A stretch of 64,000 nucleotides of DNA, from NCBI GenBank assembly GCA_000091205.1, contig AP006502.2, one strand, 5' to 3'. The notes under the pieces are model-generated. The model was not told the origin of the DNA, searched no databases, and saw only the letters and a list, made by a program, of their open reading frames with translations. Positions 40,472 through 52,500 of the stretch are shown here, in pieces; position 1 is the first letter of the stretch, and each line of letters begins with the position of its first letter. Made by a program: the position numbers and the translations under genes. The stretch comes from Cyanidioschyzon merolae (Eukaryota).

Positions 40472-42256
40472 TCGGAAAAGCGACCTGGTTGCTTTTGCTT
40501 CGTGCTCACCGAGAATGCCAGTAAGGCGTTCGCGGAGCCTTTGCCAGCGAGTCATTCCGCGAATTCCAGCAGTAAACCTGTTGCTTGAGGCAAGAGCTTG
40601 TGAGCCGTACCCATGTTGCATGCATATGTGAAGGGTGTGGTGCTTGCTTGTAGGTATCTGGTACTTCCAACCGAAATGGACTCGAGGTTGAAGCATCGTC
40701 GACATGTACACGCAACGCTGCATGGAGCACTTGTTCAGTGTCCAGCAGAGACTCGGACAAGAACATTGTCGGGACTCGAGGGCGTCGCACGAGCAAAGCT
40801 CAACATGGCCCTGTACTCGATATCGGGGCATTTCCGGTTCTCTGAAGCATGCCCGGGTCTACTGGGCGTCGTCTTGAACAAAATGAAAATATGTTGCAGG
40901 CCCAGCTGATCAGAATGATTCCCAGTGAGCACGGTTGCCTTCACCCGCAGTGGCGATCTTCCCAGAATGGGAGCAGGAACCGTTTCTCGTTTGGCGCCCA
41001 GCTCAGCGTCTGCGTCGATCCGACAACCACATCATTGTCGAGTAAATCAGAGAAATCTGTAGCGATGTTCGCATTCCAAGTTTAGCGAGTTTGCAAGGCA
41101 CAGCGCTCCGAAACGGGCACGAACACAATCGAGAGGTTGTTCGAATATGCCAGGTAACTTTTCTGATACACTGTATTTCCGCGAACGGATGAGCTTCCTC
41201 GTATTTCCTCATACTTGATTCATAACTTGACGCGAGCGCGTATTGCAAATAAACGTCTATTCGCTCAAGTCGGAAGGTCGGGGCATTGCGAAAGCATTAG
41301 AAAACTGTCAGCACTGGAATCAAAGTGTGCCTCAACGCTGCTTCATGCGTAATCGACATCACCAAGAGTTTCTCGCTCATTTTCAGCACGCGACAGCGTT
41401 AGGCAATGTTGCGCATACGCCACCAAACCACGAGTTTTCTACTTTGCTCCAGCGTATGCGAATGGCTTCTGAAGCAGCATTCATTGCCGGTCGCAAAGCG
41501 TGGTCTTCACTTTCATGGTCTGAATGCCCGCTGATGTAGACACAGGTACGGTTTCGACCACGCTCCAGCGCATTGAGTACCGTCGGAAACAGGCAACATG
41601 CGGGCCCTCGAGTCGAAACACGCGCTTGCTGAACGCAGATGCACGAGTCGAAGCGCAGTTACTTCTGCGATACTGCTTTCATCGCTGCAGAGTTCGTGAT
41701 CGTAACAGACGCGGCTGTAACTCGTCATGTTCATAAAAAGTTCGTGTTATGCTAAAGAGTTCTTCATCAAGAGATCGATCTCAAATGAAATTACTCAGGT
41801 GTGGAGACGTGTTTCGGACAGAGTAGCGAATCCTGCGGAATGTTCACGGGGTTGGATCCCAACGCCATGCTCGACTGCGTATATGGGTCACGAAACGTGT
41901 GTTCCATGGAGCGTCGAATACAACAGCACTACCAACGATATGGACTCGATTGCTCTTTTGAAACAATGGACTTTACAGAATCCACGTCTGCTCCTTTGCA
42001 GATCATTTCGATATAACCACAACCGCGATTCATCCAACAAGTATTATTATGCGCGATATGGACTCGAATGCTCTCTTGAAACACTGAACACGATGGACCG
42101 CAGCGTATGCTAAGCGCTTGACCACGTGATCCACAGCGCAACACTTATTCGTTGACCCAGCGTTCTTGCGTCCGTTGTTGTGCTGCGGGACGCTTCTGCT
42201 CAGAAAACAACGAAACACATCATAGTTGTTTTTTGTTTTAAAAGAGTCGGGTTATA

Positions 42257-42736
42257 GTGAAGCAAATGGCCACAGGCACGACAGGCGCAAGAGTGCTCTC
42301 CATGGCCTCCATTCTGCGTCACAGAGCGTCGTTACCAACGCGAGCGATCGCTCGGGTGCTGCTCGAAGCCGACGGAGGTCCGATCGAGCACAACGCGCTG
42401 TGGAAGCTCGCCCGACGAGTGAAGCGTCTGGAAACGAAGGGTAACCCGGTTCACGCTACCCAAGACTCAGCGGCAACTGTCGAGGCGTCACCGGCACTCG
42501 CGGACAACGTGCGCACGACGACTCCTGCAACGCCGGTGCTCCGCAGTAAGACGCACTTTAAGAAAGTACTTTATCAGATGAAGCGCATGCAGACTGTGGA
42601 AGTGCGTGCCGAACCTTTGACGGAAGCAAGGGAGTCAACAACTCGTCGTCAATTTCTTGTTCGGCTGACTGACAAGGGCCTTCGAAAGTACACGCAAGAA
42701 CTCGATACCTTATACAAGAACCAAATCCTAGAGTAA
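42257..42736 (+). CDS. Hypothetical small basic protein (159 aa), possibly an organellar ribosomal or accessory protein. Speculative.
   Basis: Only isolated ORF of this size in the 40.5-43.1 kb intergenic interval. Lys/Arg-rich C-terminal half (THFKKVLYQMKRMQTVEVRAEP..RRQFLVRLTDKGLRKY). No family recognised. Confidence 0.25.
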   Translation: MKQMATGTTGARVLSMASILRHRASLPTRAIARVLLEADGGPIEHNALWKLARRVKRLETKGNPVHATQDSAATVEASPALADNVRTTTPATPVLRSKTHFKKVLYQMKRMQTVEVRAEPLTEARESTTRRQFLVRLTDKGLRKYTQELDTLYKNQILE

Positions 42737-43088
42737 GCTACGTCGCTGGAATACCACTCGAGCCTGGTGATACAGCGGTTTTGTAGATTCGGTGCGCCCT
42801 ATGAACCCTGGGCGGCAGATCAGTTGACAGCCTCGTATCTATGCTGCATTTCGAGCGCAAGAAAAACAATGCCCTGGGGTATCGCGGGCAAGCACCAATT
42901 CAGCAACCGAGCGAAGGGTTTCCTAACAAGCTCCACAATCGATGAAACGAAAGCGTTTGAGAAACAACCGGTCAGATGGGATGCAGTGGCAGTGGCAGCA
43001 GGGCGAATGCCTGGCATTATGATCGCAAGTCTCGCATCGAAGCCTCTCGATGTAAGCCAGCCAATCAACTATCATGATCATCTCCAAC

Positions 43089-45023
43089 CTATTTACCAAC
43101 GGTTGCTGTGGATGCTGCACCCGTATGGCGTTGATGGAAAAGCAGGCGAAGGAGTGCTCTGGTTAGCAGATGTGGGTCGTGACCTGGAGGTTTGCTGGTG
43201 GAAAGCATCGCACCCGAGGCCGCAGACTCCTCGCTCGGCGCCCGTAAGCGATCCACTTGAAAGGATACACCTGAGTGCGCTTCTATGATTAGTGATTCAG
43301 TCGCTGCTGCTGCTGCTGCTGATGATGATGATGATGACGAAGACGACGACGGCAACAACGAGACGAGTACAGGGTGCGTCTGTGATGATTTTGTTGCAAC
43401 GGAAACCTCTCGATGCTGGGGCTCAACGAGCGACGCCTCTACGGCATGCGACTGAACCTGGGAGACGTCGATGAGCACCTGCAGGGGTATCCTTGACGCG
43501 GGTTGTTCAAACTCGGATTCCTCAGCATCCAGGATGGCTCGCAGCGCATCCACATGAGCCCAAACATCCATCCCGTCCGTCTCTCCTGGTTCTGTCCACA
43601 AATTACAGACATAGATTGGACGTTTGGGTGATCTGGGATCTACGCTACTCCACTTTCGAATAGCGTCTCGAATTGGCGTGATCGCCGCAACGGCTGCAAT
43701 GCTGGTAAATAACGAGCCAGGTCCCAGAATGATCGCATCCGCAGTACGAATGGCCTCGAGGGCCTCTGGGCAGGCGCTTGGCTCGCCTCGGGTGTCGTCA
43801 TTCGTCGATGCAGTGGTACCATTGGCGGCTGCAGTGCGCTCCACGTGCACTTGGAACAAACGCCCTGGAGAGCGCGCAAAGTTGCTTTCTCCGCGAATGG
43901 TTTCGCAAACAGGCTTGGATCCGCTGTGTCTAGGATTAGAGCCCGGCGAAGACGCTTTGGATCCCACCAGCTCAAGCAGATCATCGGATGCAGGCCATAT
44001 GCGACAGCGCTCGACGGGAATCCCCAGCAGGTGGCAGAAAGCCTGCACAGCACGCGAGCAACGCCGTCCGCAACTTTCGTAGAGCGCAGCCAACACCAAG
44101 TTCCCGAGTGCATGGCCAGTCAAGGCCTGCTCGCCGTTTGTTTCGACCCTGATGGAACCGGTGCCCAGGCGATGGCCCAGCAAACGCCACCAGGCGATAT
44201 CCTCCGCAGTCGACGATGCGTTTGCATCAGCCGCAGAATCGTAACGCTCGCTACCACTTACCTCAGCGTTACATCGTGCGCTGAGCGCTAGTGCCGAGCA
44301 GACTCCTTCCAATGCATTGCGAATATCACCCATAGCAGGCATACCGAGCTCAGCGCGAATGCGACCAGTGCTACCGCCGTCATCCGAGGTGCAGATCACC
44401 GCTGTAATATCCAACGGCATATGGACTTGCGACCAGTACACGAGACCATGGAGAAGGCGATGCATTCCTGTACCGCCGCCCAGGAGGACCAGACGTGGTG
44501 GTTTTCGTGTCGCTCCTGCATGATCCATTTGACATAGCAGAGCGCTGCCTATGCTGCGACGATATCGAGCTTTCCGCGGAGAACGCAGTGACGTATGCGT
44601 CCGCGTAGATAGCCTCCCCCTTGCGCCTAGTCGCGGCTCGCAGGCAACAGAAGCTCCACTGATGGTCCCATGCTTGAGCATCAGCATGGCTGGAGCGTTT
44701 CTTCTCCAAACTGTCCATTCCGATACGAAGCAGGGGTTGCAGTGCCGGCGCCTGTGCGGCACTCGCGGAGACTCCAGACGTGGCGAGCGACTCGCGTCAC
44801 TACCGAACACCGAAACAAGAGCTGTCTGGAAGACGTACGCGCGACCCGTCGCCTCACTGCTTGGTTTCAGGTTCATTTTATGCACAGCAAACTCGTGGAA
44901 GCAAACATACCGGTGAGGTTGCGCTGCGTCAACCTGCAACGATCCGGGCGGTGCAAGTGCACCGCGTGCTCTGCTGACCCCGTTGGCACCTTTCTCTCGC
45001 CCTGTTCGCACTGATGCGAGCAT
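43089..45023 (-). CDS. YvcK/CofD-family protein (UPF0052; gluconeogenesis-factor / 2-phospho-L-lactate-transferase fold) with ~170-aa N-terminal and ~110-aa C-terminal extensions
   Basis: LVLLGGGTGMHRLLHGL..DITAVICTSDDGGSTGRIRAELGMPAMGDIRNALE..TGHALGNLVLAALYE..ADAIILGPGSLFTSIAAV..PIYVCNLWTEPGETDG. Order and spacing match bacterial YvcK. C-terminal polyS/polyA from (GCT)7(GAT)6 at 43303..43338. Confidence 0.8.
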   Translation of the reverse strand: MLASVRTGREKGANGVSRARGALAPPGSLQVDAAQPHRYVCFHEFAVHKMNLKPSSEATGRAYVFQTALVSVFGSDASRSPRLESPRVPHRRRHCNPCFVSEWTVWRRNAPAMLMLKHGTISGASVACEPRLGARGRLSTRTHTSLRSPRKARYRRSIGSALLCQMDHAGATRKPPRLVLLGGGTGMHRLLHGLVYWSQVHMPLDITAVICTSDDGGSTGRIRAELGMPAMGDIRNALEGVCSALALSARCNAEVSGSERYDSAADANASSTAEDIAWWRLLGHRLGTGSIRVETNGEQALTGHALGNLVLAALYESCGRRCSRAVQAFCHLLGIPVERCRIWPASDDLLELVGSKASSPGSNPRHSGSKPVCETIRGESNFARSPGRLFQVHVERTAAANGTTASTNDDTRGEPSACPEALEAIRTADAIILGPGSLFTSIAAVAAITPIRDAIRKWSSVDPRSPKRPIYVCNLWTEPGETDGMDVWAHVDALRAILDAEESEFEQPASRIPLQVLIDVSQVQSHAVEASLVEPQHREVSVATKSSQTHPVLVSLLPSSSSSSSSSSAAAAAATESLIIEAHSGVSFQVDRLRAPSEESAASGAMLSTSKPPGHDPHLLTRALLRLLFHQRHTGAASTATVGK

Positions 45024-45651
45024 CTTCGGGTATATGCCTGATCAGGCACACGATATCAGGTACAGCACGGAGATTGCTTCACATGCACACACACACACAC
45101 AAACTGGAGCCTGCGCACCCGAGGCAAAGCCGACGAACCCACCAGCTAACGCTCCTCGGATAACAACACGTGCTGAAGCGGGCTCGCTCGCTGAGTCTTG
45201 CCAACCAATGCGCACGCGATTCTGTTGGAACACCACTCCGCACGGACCAGTCTGGTACGGAATAGTGGACGCTCCCGCGGGTGCCGCTGACAAGCGCCCA
45301 GGCGAGGTTCACTGGTTCGCGTAAAAGCGATTCTGCGTCCCGCAAAACAAACCGAAAAGAAAGGACAGAACACCACACTGCTTCAGAAAGAGCCTTCAGT
45401 GACGAACCATGCTGGAAGCACGCTCTTCATAATAACTGATGAATCATAAAAAGCGCCTTAAAGCTAACGATACACGGAGACAAACAGGTATGGGGGTCGG
45501 ACGCTCAGCCGGCGCCCTCGACGGGGGGCCACCACCACCACCACCACCCCCAAAGCCTCCGGTGGTGTGCTCAAAACGCACTCTCTTTCGTGCCAGAGCG
45601 CATAACCGGTAGCACCTAAGCGCGTACCCTCCAAGAGATGGTCAAGTTTTC

Positions 45652-46941
45652 ATGAATATTTTGGCTGGGGTACTCTGGGTTCTGGGTTCTGGCTTCAAAG
45701 CTCTTCTTTTGTGCAGCGTCTTGGCACTGAGCCTCGCTTTCTGCAGCGCTGCGCTCTATGTTAGCCATCGGATAGCGTTCCCCCCGTGGCACGATCCTCG
45801 CCCTGGATCGTCAAGTTTAACCCAAAAGCGGATGCCAGAGGCCTGGGCTGGTTTCACACTTGATCCCTATACCTCGCTGGGTCTCCAGTTTGAGTCGGTC
45901 GCGTTCCGGAGTCGCTCTGGCAGATGGCTCCGAGGCTGGTGGGTACCCGCTCCCGTTGAGCCGCCAGCACCCATAGGCGTCGTCTGCGTCCACGGTGGTG
46001 GCAGGGACCGACGTGCATTCATGCGGCAGAGCGTACTCTTTCATCGGAGAGGGTGGTCAGTCTTACTTTTTGATTGCACGGGACACGGTACTTCTGATGC
46101 ACGTCACCGATTTCCTTTGGGTGCTTGGCCAGGAGCGGCTATCACCTACGGAACGCTGGAGTGGAGTGACGTCATTGATGCGCTACGCTACACGTATGAG
46201 CGTATACGAGAGCAGGCTCAAAGAAGCGCTGCTGCTTCCTCTGTGCGTATTCGCGTGGCACTCGTGGGCACCAGTCAAGGTGCCGTGAGTGCTGCATACG
46301 CCGCTGCCTACCTGACGAGGCGCTTCGAGCAGGGTGACGGCGCAGCTTGTCCACCTGTGGATGTGCTGGTTCTCGAGAATCCGTTCACGAGTCCATTAGC
46401 ACTGTTTGCCCATCTGGCCAGTCACGTGGCGATGCCAGTGGCTCGCTACGGATCTCGTTGGTGCTTCCTTCGCCATGTGGTCCGTTTTTGGGTCATGACC
46501 TGCACCACATTAGCGCTCTTCCGAACGGGAAATGTAGCCTTGACGTGTCGTATGCTGGCAAAAGCATGCGAGCGAGAAGGTCAACCTTACAGGTGTGCGT
46601 GGTGGCAAGGCATCGCTACCCTCGGGCAGCTGTTATCGGTATCGTTGTCGTTGTCGTCGTCGTCGTCGTCGTCGTCTCGAGAGACGCCTCCAGCTGGCGG
46701 TTTCGATTCTGTGGCGGAGGCAGTTCAGGCGTTGAAGTGCCCAGTTTTCTTTATGCATGGAATGAAAGATTGGATCGTACCGTACAAGCATTCAGTACAG
46801 CTCTATAAGGCAGCTAATGAGCCGAAAGAGCTCTGGCTGAGTGCTGAAGCGGGTCACACGATGATGTATCACTGTGAGCCGGATACCTTTGAAACGCGAG
46901 TTTGTGGTTTTATGGAGAGGTACTTGAGGGGATCGATGTGA
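45652..46941 (+). CDS. Alpha/beta-hydrolase-fold protein with an N-terminal transmembrane anchor (ABHD/BEM46-like or S9-like)
   Basis: Hydrophobic N-terminus ILAGVLWVLGSGFKALLLCSVLALSLAF. Core VCVHGGGRDRR..GWSVLLFDCTGHGTSD. Nucleophile elbow GTSQG (GxSxG). C-terminal AEAGHTMMYH (catalytic His). PolyS insert from (GTC)n at ~46640..46680. Confidence 0.6.
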   Translation: MNILAGVLWVLGSGFKALLLCSVLALSLAFCSAALYVSHRIAFPPWHDPRPGSSSLTQKRMPEAWAGFTLDPYTSLGLQFESVAFRSRSGRWLRGWWVPAPVEPPAPIGVVCVHGGGRDRRAFMRQSVLFHRRGWSVLLFDCTGHGTSDARHRFPLGAWPGAAITYGTLEWSDVIDALRYTYERIREQAQRSAAASSVRIRVALVGTSQGAVSAAYAAAYLTRRFEQGDGAACPPVDVLVLENPFTSPLALFAHLASHVAMPVARYGSRWCFLRHVVRFWVMTCTTLALFRTGNVALTCRMLAKACEREGQPYRCAWWQGIATLGQLLSVSLSLSSSSSSSSRETPPAGGFDSVAEAVQALKCPVFFMHGMKDWIVPYKHSVQLYKAANEPKELWLSAEAGHTMMYHCEPDTFETRVCGFMERYLRGSM

Positions 46942-48240
46942 GCGATGCTATCTCTCCAACACCGGTAGGATCACGAGCATCGTACTCTATTTTGTTTTTG
47001 ACGAGACCACGTCAGCGCTCTTGTGCTGCCAACAGGAGACATATCGCTGCGGATCCTTTGCGAACTCGCTGTCTACAGTAAGGCTGAGGTGTTCAATGCA
47101 CTGGAGCGTAGCGAAAAGGAGGCGCTATCATTGGATTGTCGCTGGAGCTTGTCGGAAAGAATAATGTGCTTTTCCTGGATCCAGACGAGATTTAGTTGCG
47201 CACTTTGCAAGCGACCATTTCGAGTTTGCACTTTTGCCGATGTTCTGAGTCTTCTACGTCCAGCAGCAAAGTTCGAGCAGAGCGCGGGTCGGGTCGGAAC
47301 GCTAACAGCCCGCACCCTGCCGCACTCGACGAACGAAACTGCGCAGCTGAGGTGCTTTTATGAAAGCACGTCTCCCATAAATAGTTGATGTTGTCGGACG
47401 ATTGGTAGTCAGCGTTTCTACTCCGATAAAGTGTTGACGTGACACGCGGGGCGCCATAGTACGCGGGGCGCTCGCAAAGACCTCTGTCTTGGCTGGTGCT
47501 CGCATGCGATGTTGAGCATCGTGTATGCTTGTTATCCGGAAATTGCCCTTATTACTTGGATCGCCTCGCTTGCACAAAACATAGCGTCAGTCTCCGCACC
47601 AACCGATTTCAGGAGACGTGTCTGCACAGCAGCAGGCTCTGGCCGCAGCACGTCGGACACCGTCCCTTGCAAACTGGAAGGCACGCCTTCCGGACTTCGA
47701 ATGCTAGCCCAGCAACGTCCATTCTGTGTCACTGGAGTTTGGAATAAGCTATATCGCTCCGTTTGGCATCCTTGAACGTGAGAGTAGCCTTGGGACGCTC
47801 GGCTTCGTGAGCAATGTCCGCCTCGAGCCTTTGGCACGTGACAAGAAGAAAGCCACTGCAATCAGAGTGCCAACGAAGACAGGTTTACTCTGGAATAGGG
47901 CATACCGCTTCCTGTAGTCTCTGAATACAGCCGGTTGCACTTCCTGGTATCGAGTATAAGACTAGTCTGTGCTGAAAACGAGGAATACAAAGCAGCGGGG
48001 TACTCGGTTGCAAGGAAACGTTTCTCGCCCAAACGATTCTGCACGTTACATGAGGCTTCGGGTCGAGCACAACGCTGCGCTTCAACGCAACGCGTTGACT
48101 CTTTTTCCAGACTTTTGTTGCCGTTCTTGTTGCTGTTGCTGTGCGGCACTTGGGTGTAGGAAAAGTGGACAGTACCCTTCATAGGTACACGCAAGTTCAT
48201 TTTTCAAACTTCTGACGAGAAGACTCGTAACAAGTTTGGA

Positions 48241-49542
48241 GTGCGCTGGACTTGTGTGCTGCTGCGGACGGAACGCTACGAGTCGCGCGTAACGCGTTGC
48301 CTGCACCGTCGTGTGCTGGAAGTGTTGAACGTGTTGGACGTGTTTGCACCCACAATGACGGATAGACAACTGTACTGGGGGCCAGGGCAAAGTCCCGCGG
48401 ATGTATCCGTGCAAGTCGTAGCGGTTCGGGAGAACGGCGGAGCCATTAGCGACGATTCCGATGTCGAGTTTGTGGGAGAGTGGCAAACAGAGCCCACGAC
48501 CGCTGCTGCCTGCTCGCTCATAGAACCCGACACTATGGTGCTAAGCGAGCGACCGAGCACCAGTGGTCCCGATGCGAGGCTGGCGTCAACACAGCTGCAA
48601 CCTGGCCGACGAAGACGGCGCTCAACAGCGCAGGCTACTGCCATTCGAACGGTGCCTCCAGAACATGGGCCTGGCATGGCACCGGGTGGCAACCGACGAC
48701 AACGCACCGTATACCAGCGAATCTATCGACGTCTGCGTGAGCTTGCAGGGAATCGTCGCGAAGTGAGCAGCAGCCGACGGAACGATTCTGTGATTGCGCT
48801 ACCGAGTAGCGCGACATTCCTGGAATCGCTAGAGCCGTTTTTCTCCGGCGAGGGATGGACCTTAGAGACACTCACATCTATACCGCTATCCACTGATGCA
48901 CTGGATGCGACAGTGGAGCCCACCTGGAGTCCAGCATCAGCGGCTCTCGATGAGCACAACCGCAGCAGCAGCACCAACAACAACAACAACAACAATAACG
49001 CAATAGCGCCCTGGAACGCAACCTCGACGCGACGAGTAGTTCGATCGGGTCGAAGCTCTCGGCGAACGTCACGTCAACAGCACTGGGCAGTCGCCATGTT
49101 GAACTCATTCCTACAACCGAGCTTCGATTCATTGCCTTCACCACGACCGAACCCGTGCCCCCGAGCGCTGGTAGAATTGCTCCCTCTCCAGACGGCTACT
49201 GAGCGTGAAGAGTCGGATGCTTGCCCGATTTGCCTCAGTAATTATGAGCGAGGCGAGCGTTTACGACGTCTACCCTGCCTGCATTTGTTTCACAGAACTT
49301 GTATTGACCGTTGGTTTTCCAAACAGAATTCGTGCCCGGTCGACAAAATGAGCGTCGCGGATGGGTTTACGGATGAATGCGCTCAGAGCAAGCTGCAGGC
49401 CCTTGGCGTATCCAACGACGAGGCAACTGCCTGCAGCTCGGGTGTGTTTCATCCGGGCGTTGAGGCTCCATCTGACACAGTCGAGGCATTGATGTCACCG
49501 CCGAGACGTCGTCAACGAGTTCGACAACGTCGCCTGTCGTGA
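48241..49542 (+). CDS. RING-H2 finger E3 ubiquitin-ligase-like protein. The N-terminal boundary is uncertain and the true start may be downstream.
   Basis: C-terminal RING-H2: CPICLSNYERGERLRRLPCLHLFHRTCIDRWFSKQNSCPVDK. PolyN run from (AAC)n at ~48970..49000. Confidence 0.6.
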   Translation: MRWTCVLLRTERYESRVTRCLHRRVLEVLNVLDVFAPTMTDRQLYWGPGQSPADVSVQVVAVRENGGAISDDSDVEFVGEWQTEPTTAAACSLIEPDTMVLSERPSTSGPDARLASTQLQPGRRRRRSTAQATAIRTVPPEHGPGMAPGGNRRQRTVYQRIYRRLRELAGNRREVSSSRRNDSVIALPSSATFLESLEPFFSGEGWTLETLTSIPLSTDALDATVEPTWSPASAALDEHNRSSSTNNNNNNNNAIAPWNATSTRRVVRSGRSSRRTSRQQHWAVAMLNSFLQPSFDSLPSPRPNPCPRALVELLPLQTATEREESDACPICLSNYERGERLRRLPCLHLFHRTCIDRWFSKQNSCPVDKMSVADGFTDECAQSKLQALGVSNDEATACSSGVFHPGVEAPSDTVEALMSPPRRRQRVRQRRLS

Positions 49543-52500
49543 GCGGATTCGCGACCAGTGCCTTTCGAGCTCTGTGACGCGACCTCAGTATCTAGTTAGT
49601 CGATGTGGTTGCCGGGGCGGAATGAAGCGCCCGAGGAGGACCAATCATTCCGCGTTCAGAGCGGGGGCGAAGGAGAAGGATAGGCTGCATACACAGGAGG
49701 GATGTTCGAAAGCGGAATTGCAGATCCTTTAGATTGCTCCCGTCTTTTCGTTGACATGAAGGCTCGGGCGGTATGCAGTTGTCAGGGCGTGCACGCTCTT
49801 CGCAGCAGCACAGAGGATCTTGGAAACATACGACACCGATGTCACGATGAATTGTGACAGGTCCCCGAACTCGGACGTGCACGCTAGGGTTTTGGTTTCT
49901 TCGCACTGTCATCGACACAAGTTATTGCAGAGTTTCTCGAATACTGCTGTATGTTTCTCCCTCTGGTCTTCAGCGACCGATACGCTGGTTTCAGCTGTTC
50001 CTCCCGCTCTGTTGTCATTAGTCTGCGGAGGTTGGTGGTAGCGTTAAAGCGGCACTTTCGGAGCTTCCGGCTGCAGTCGACGCATCTCATCTGTAGGTAG
50101 TCGTTGCGATCTACGCTTCAATTACCGTTGTCATCTTGTTTCCGGATACGCTCGGTGCGCCCTTGGCAGCGGTCGCACTAGACCGTGTCCAGGTATTCCA
50201 ATCCGTTCATGACAGCACCGCTGCCGCCGAGACCCGCCGTTTGCCTCATGAACGCTCGCTTTGTCGCACGGGATACATACGTTTTATGAGTACAGATTGC
50301 CACCGTCGATAAGCGCCTGCATTTCTGCGCCCGATAGCGTACCCTACGCTCACGGACTTGTACAGGAAGATCCCATCAGAGCGAACTCTGTCCGCTTCGC
50401 GTGCAAGCGGATGTTTTTCCATTTGATGTAGGAGCCGTGGAATGCGATGTTGTCCAGGATGGTCCAGGCACCGGAAGCACAATCCAGATCGGAGGCCAAG
50501 TCGAAAACTGCGCATCTGTACACGCTCTCTATGCCTCAAGTGGTGTTGCAGTCTCCATGGGAGGCGATCGCCGCGATGACTACAATCTGGGTCCAAGCCT
50601 GCTTTCCATCCAAGCCGAAGAGACACGAGCCTTCTGGAGACAGATCTCGTGCAAGGTATGATGCCAGTGTCGACACTCTGATGTGCTCAATGGGCCGAGG
50701 ATGTCCCACGACCATGGAGGCTACATAACTATCCGCCCGCAGGTGCCTTCCAGCCATTTCGGACCGGACCGCTGTTATCGGTTTCAGTTTATTCAGGCAC
50801 ATTTCAAGTCTGAAAGGCTGTACATCCAAGTTGGATCGCGTCAGCTCCTCGGGTCTCGTCTTCAGGAACGCACCTTGTCTGGTATGGATGGTGGCGTTGA
50901 AGACTCGCTGCGCGAACGCCATGCATTTCCTGCCTCTGGTTGAACTCGTGAATGCAAGGAGTCGTAGAACTGGTCCGCTGTGTTCCATTTGGTGCTGTGC
51001 CAGCTCCCCGTGATTCTCTATTGCCTGAGCGCCCAGCTGGCTTCTCACCATCTGGACCTTCTCAAGTGAAGGCCCAAGCTCACCCCATAGATTTTCTGAA
51101 ATGAAAGCACTTGTTTATGCCCTTAGGTGGAGATCGCCCAGGAAGGAGGCGGACTTGCGGAAGAAAGACAACATGTGTCCCGGTGGGTCATCGTGTGCTG
51201 GACGCTTCAGCGATTCGCTCAATGGAGCGATCATAATGCTTTACGATAGAAAACGTCCCTTCGATAGGTTCTCATCAAGGTGAGAATGGTGGAACGAAAA
51301 GCAGCTCTACCCACATAGAAGCGGAAAAGCTCGAGGGCAAGGAGAATGGAGAAATGCCACATCATCGAATAGAAGGACGTCATCAGACGTCAGCGGAAAA
51401 GTCGTCGATGATTCGACAATGTGGGTGCTGTTGTATGAGGCTTCTCTATAAGCCAAACTCGGGCTGCCAAATAAATCCACTGCAGCTAGAACAGATGATG
51501 ATGTCATCATTATCTTTGATTTCGATCAAACATGCAACGGGTTCCCTGCTCCACGAATACCCATATACGCTCCGACTGTTTCATCCGAGGCAAGTCTCAT
51601 CGACTGGAAAACAAACCGACGCTCCTGTGGTTCATACCAATGGTGACGCTCCAGGTAGGCTCTAGTTGCGGTTTCGGTGGAAGATGGCCGTGGCTGAACT
51701 AGGACTCTTTTTTGCGACTGTATTCCGGTCTTTCGAGGAGCATACGAACAAGCTGGTGAGAAACAGAGACGCCCTTGGCGGCTGCTATCGTCGCCTCTGC
51801 TTTCGGTAAAGTCATCAAAAGGCCGTTTTTCTACCGTTGACCGCAAGTGCTTCCTGGAAATATCCTTTTTTAATGCGAAGCGCATACGCCGCATTCTTTC
51901 TGCGTTCCTCAGCCATCTGCGTACGTTGGTATGCCTGCACTTAAGGAGGAATGCAGTTCTCCATGCACCGTTCAGTTAAGCGCATATCCTACATGAAATT
52001 TGTCTACGATCTAAAGCGTCCACGGCGTGGCGGTATCGATCGCCACCCAGACATCGCGGATCGGGTGGAACCCCGTTGATTTCAAAGATTAAAAAGACAG
52101 CGTAGTTTGTCTTTCAAGCCACATCACTTCCTTCAATCCGAAACTTAAGTGAGCTCGGAAAATGAACCTGTGAACAAGCCTTCGTCGGACAATATCGAGT
52201 TTGTTTCGTCGTCATTCAAGCGGCGAGCTTCGGTGCGCTTACCACTTGCCTTGAAACAAAACAGACGACGGAAGATCCTGAAACCACGTAAGCATCCGTG
52301 AGCTCTTATGACTTTATTTCAAAATTAAAAACTGTACATCTCATAAACTGTTCAAAATTGAACTGATGAACGGGAGCAGAGCGATCAGTTCCGTCTTCGA
52401 TACTCATCGAACACAAGTGCAGAAGCCAAGGCAGGCGCCAGAGTCGCCAATACTGAACGCCTTGCGTCAACTGTCGCCGCCGACACCGAAGCTAAGCGTT

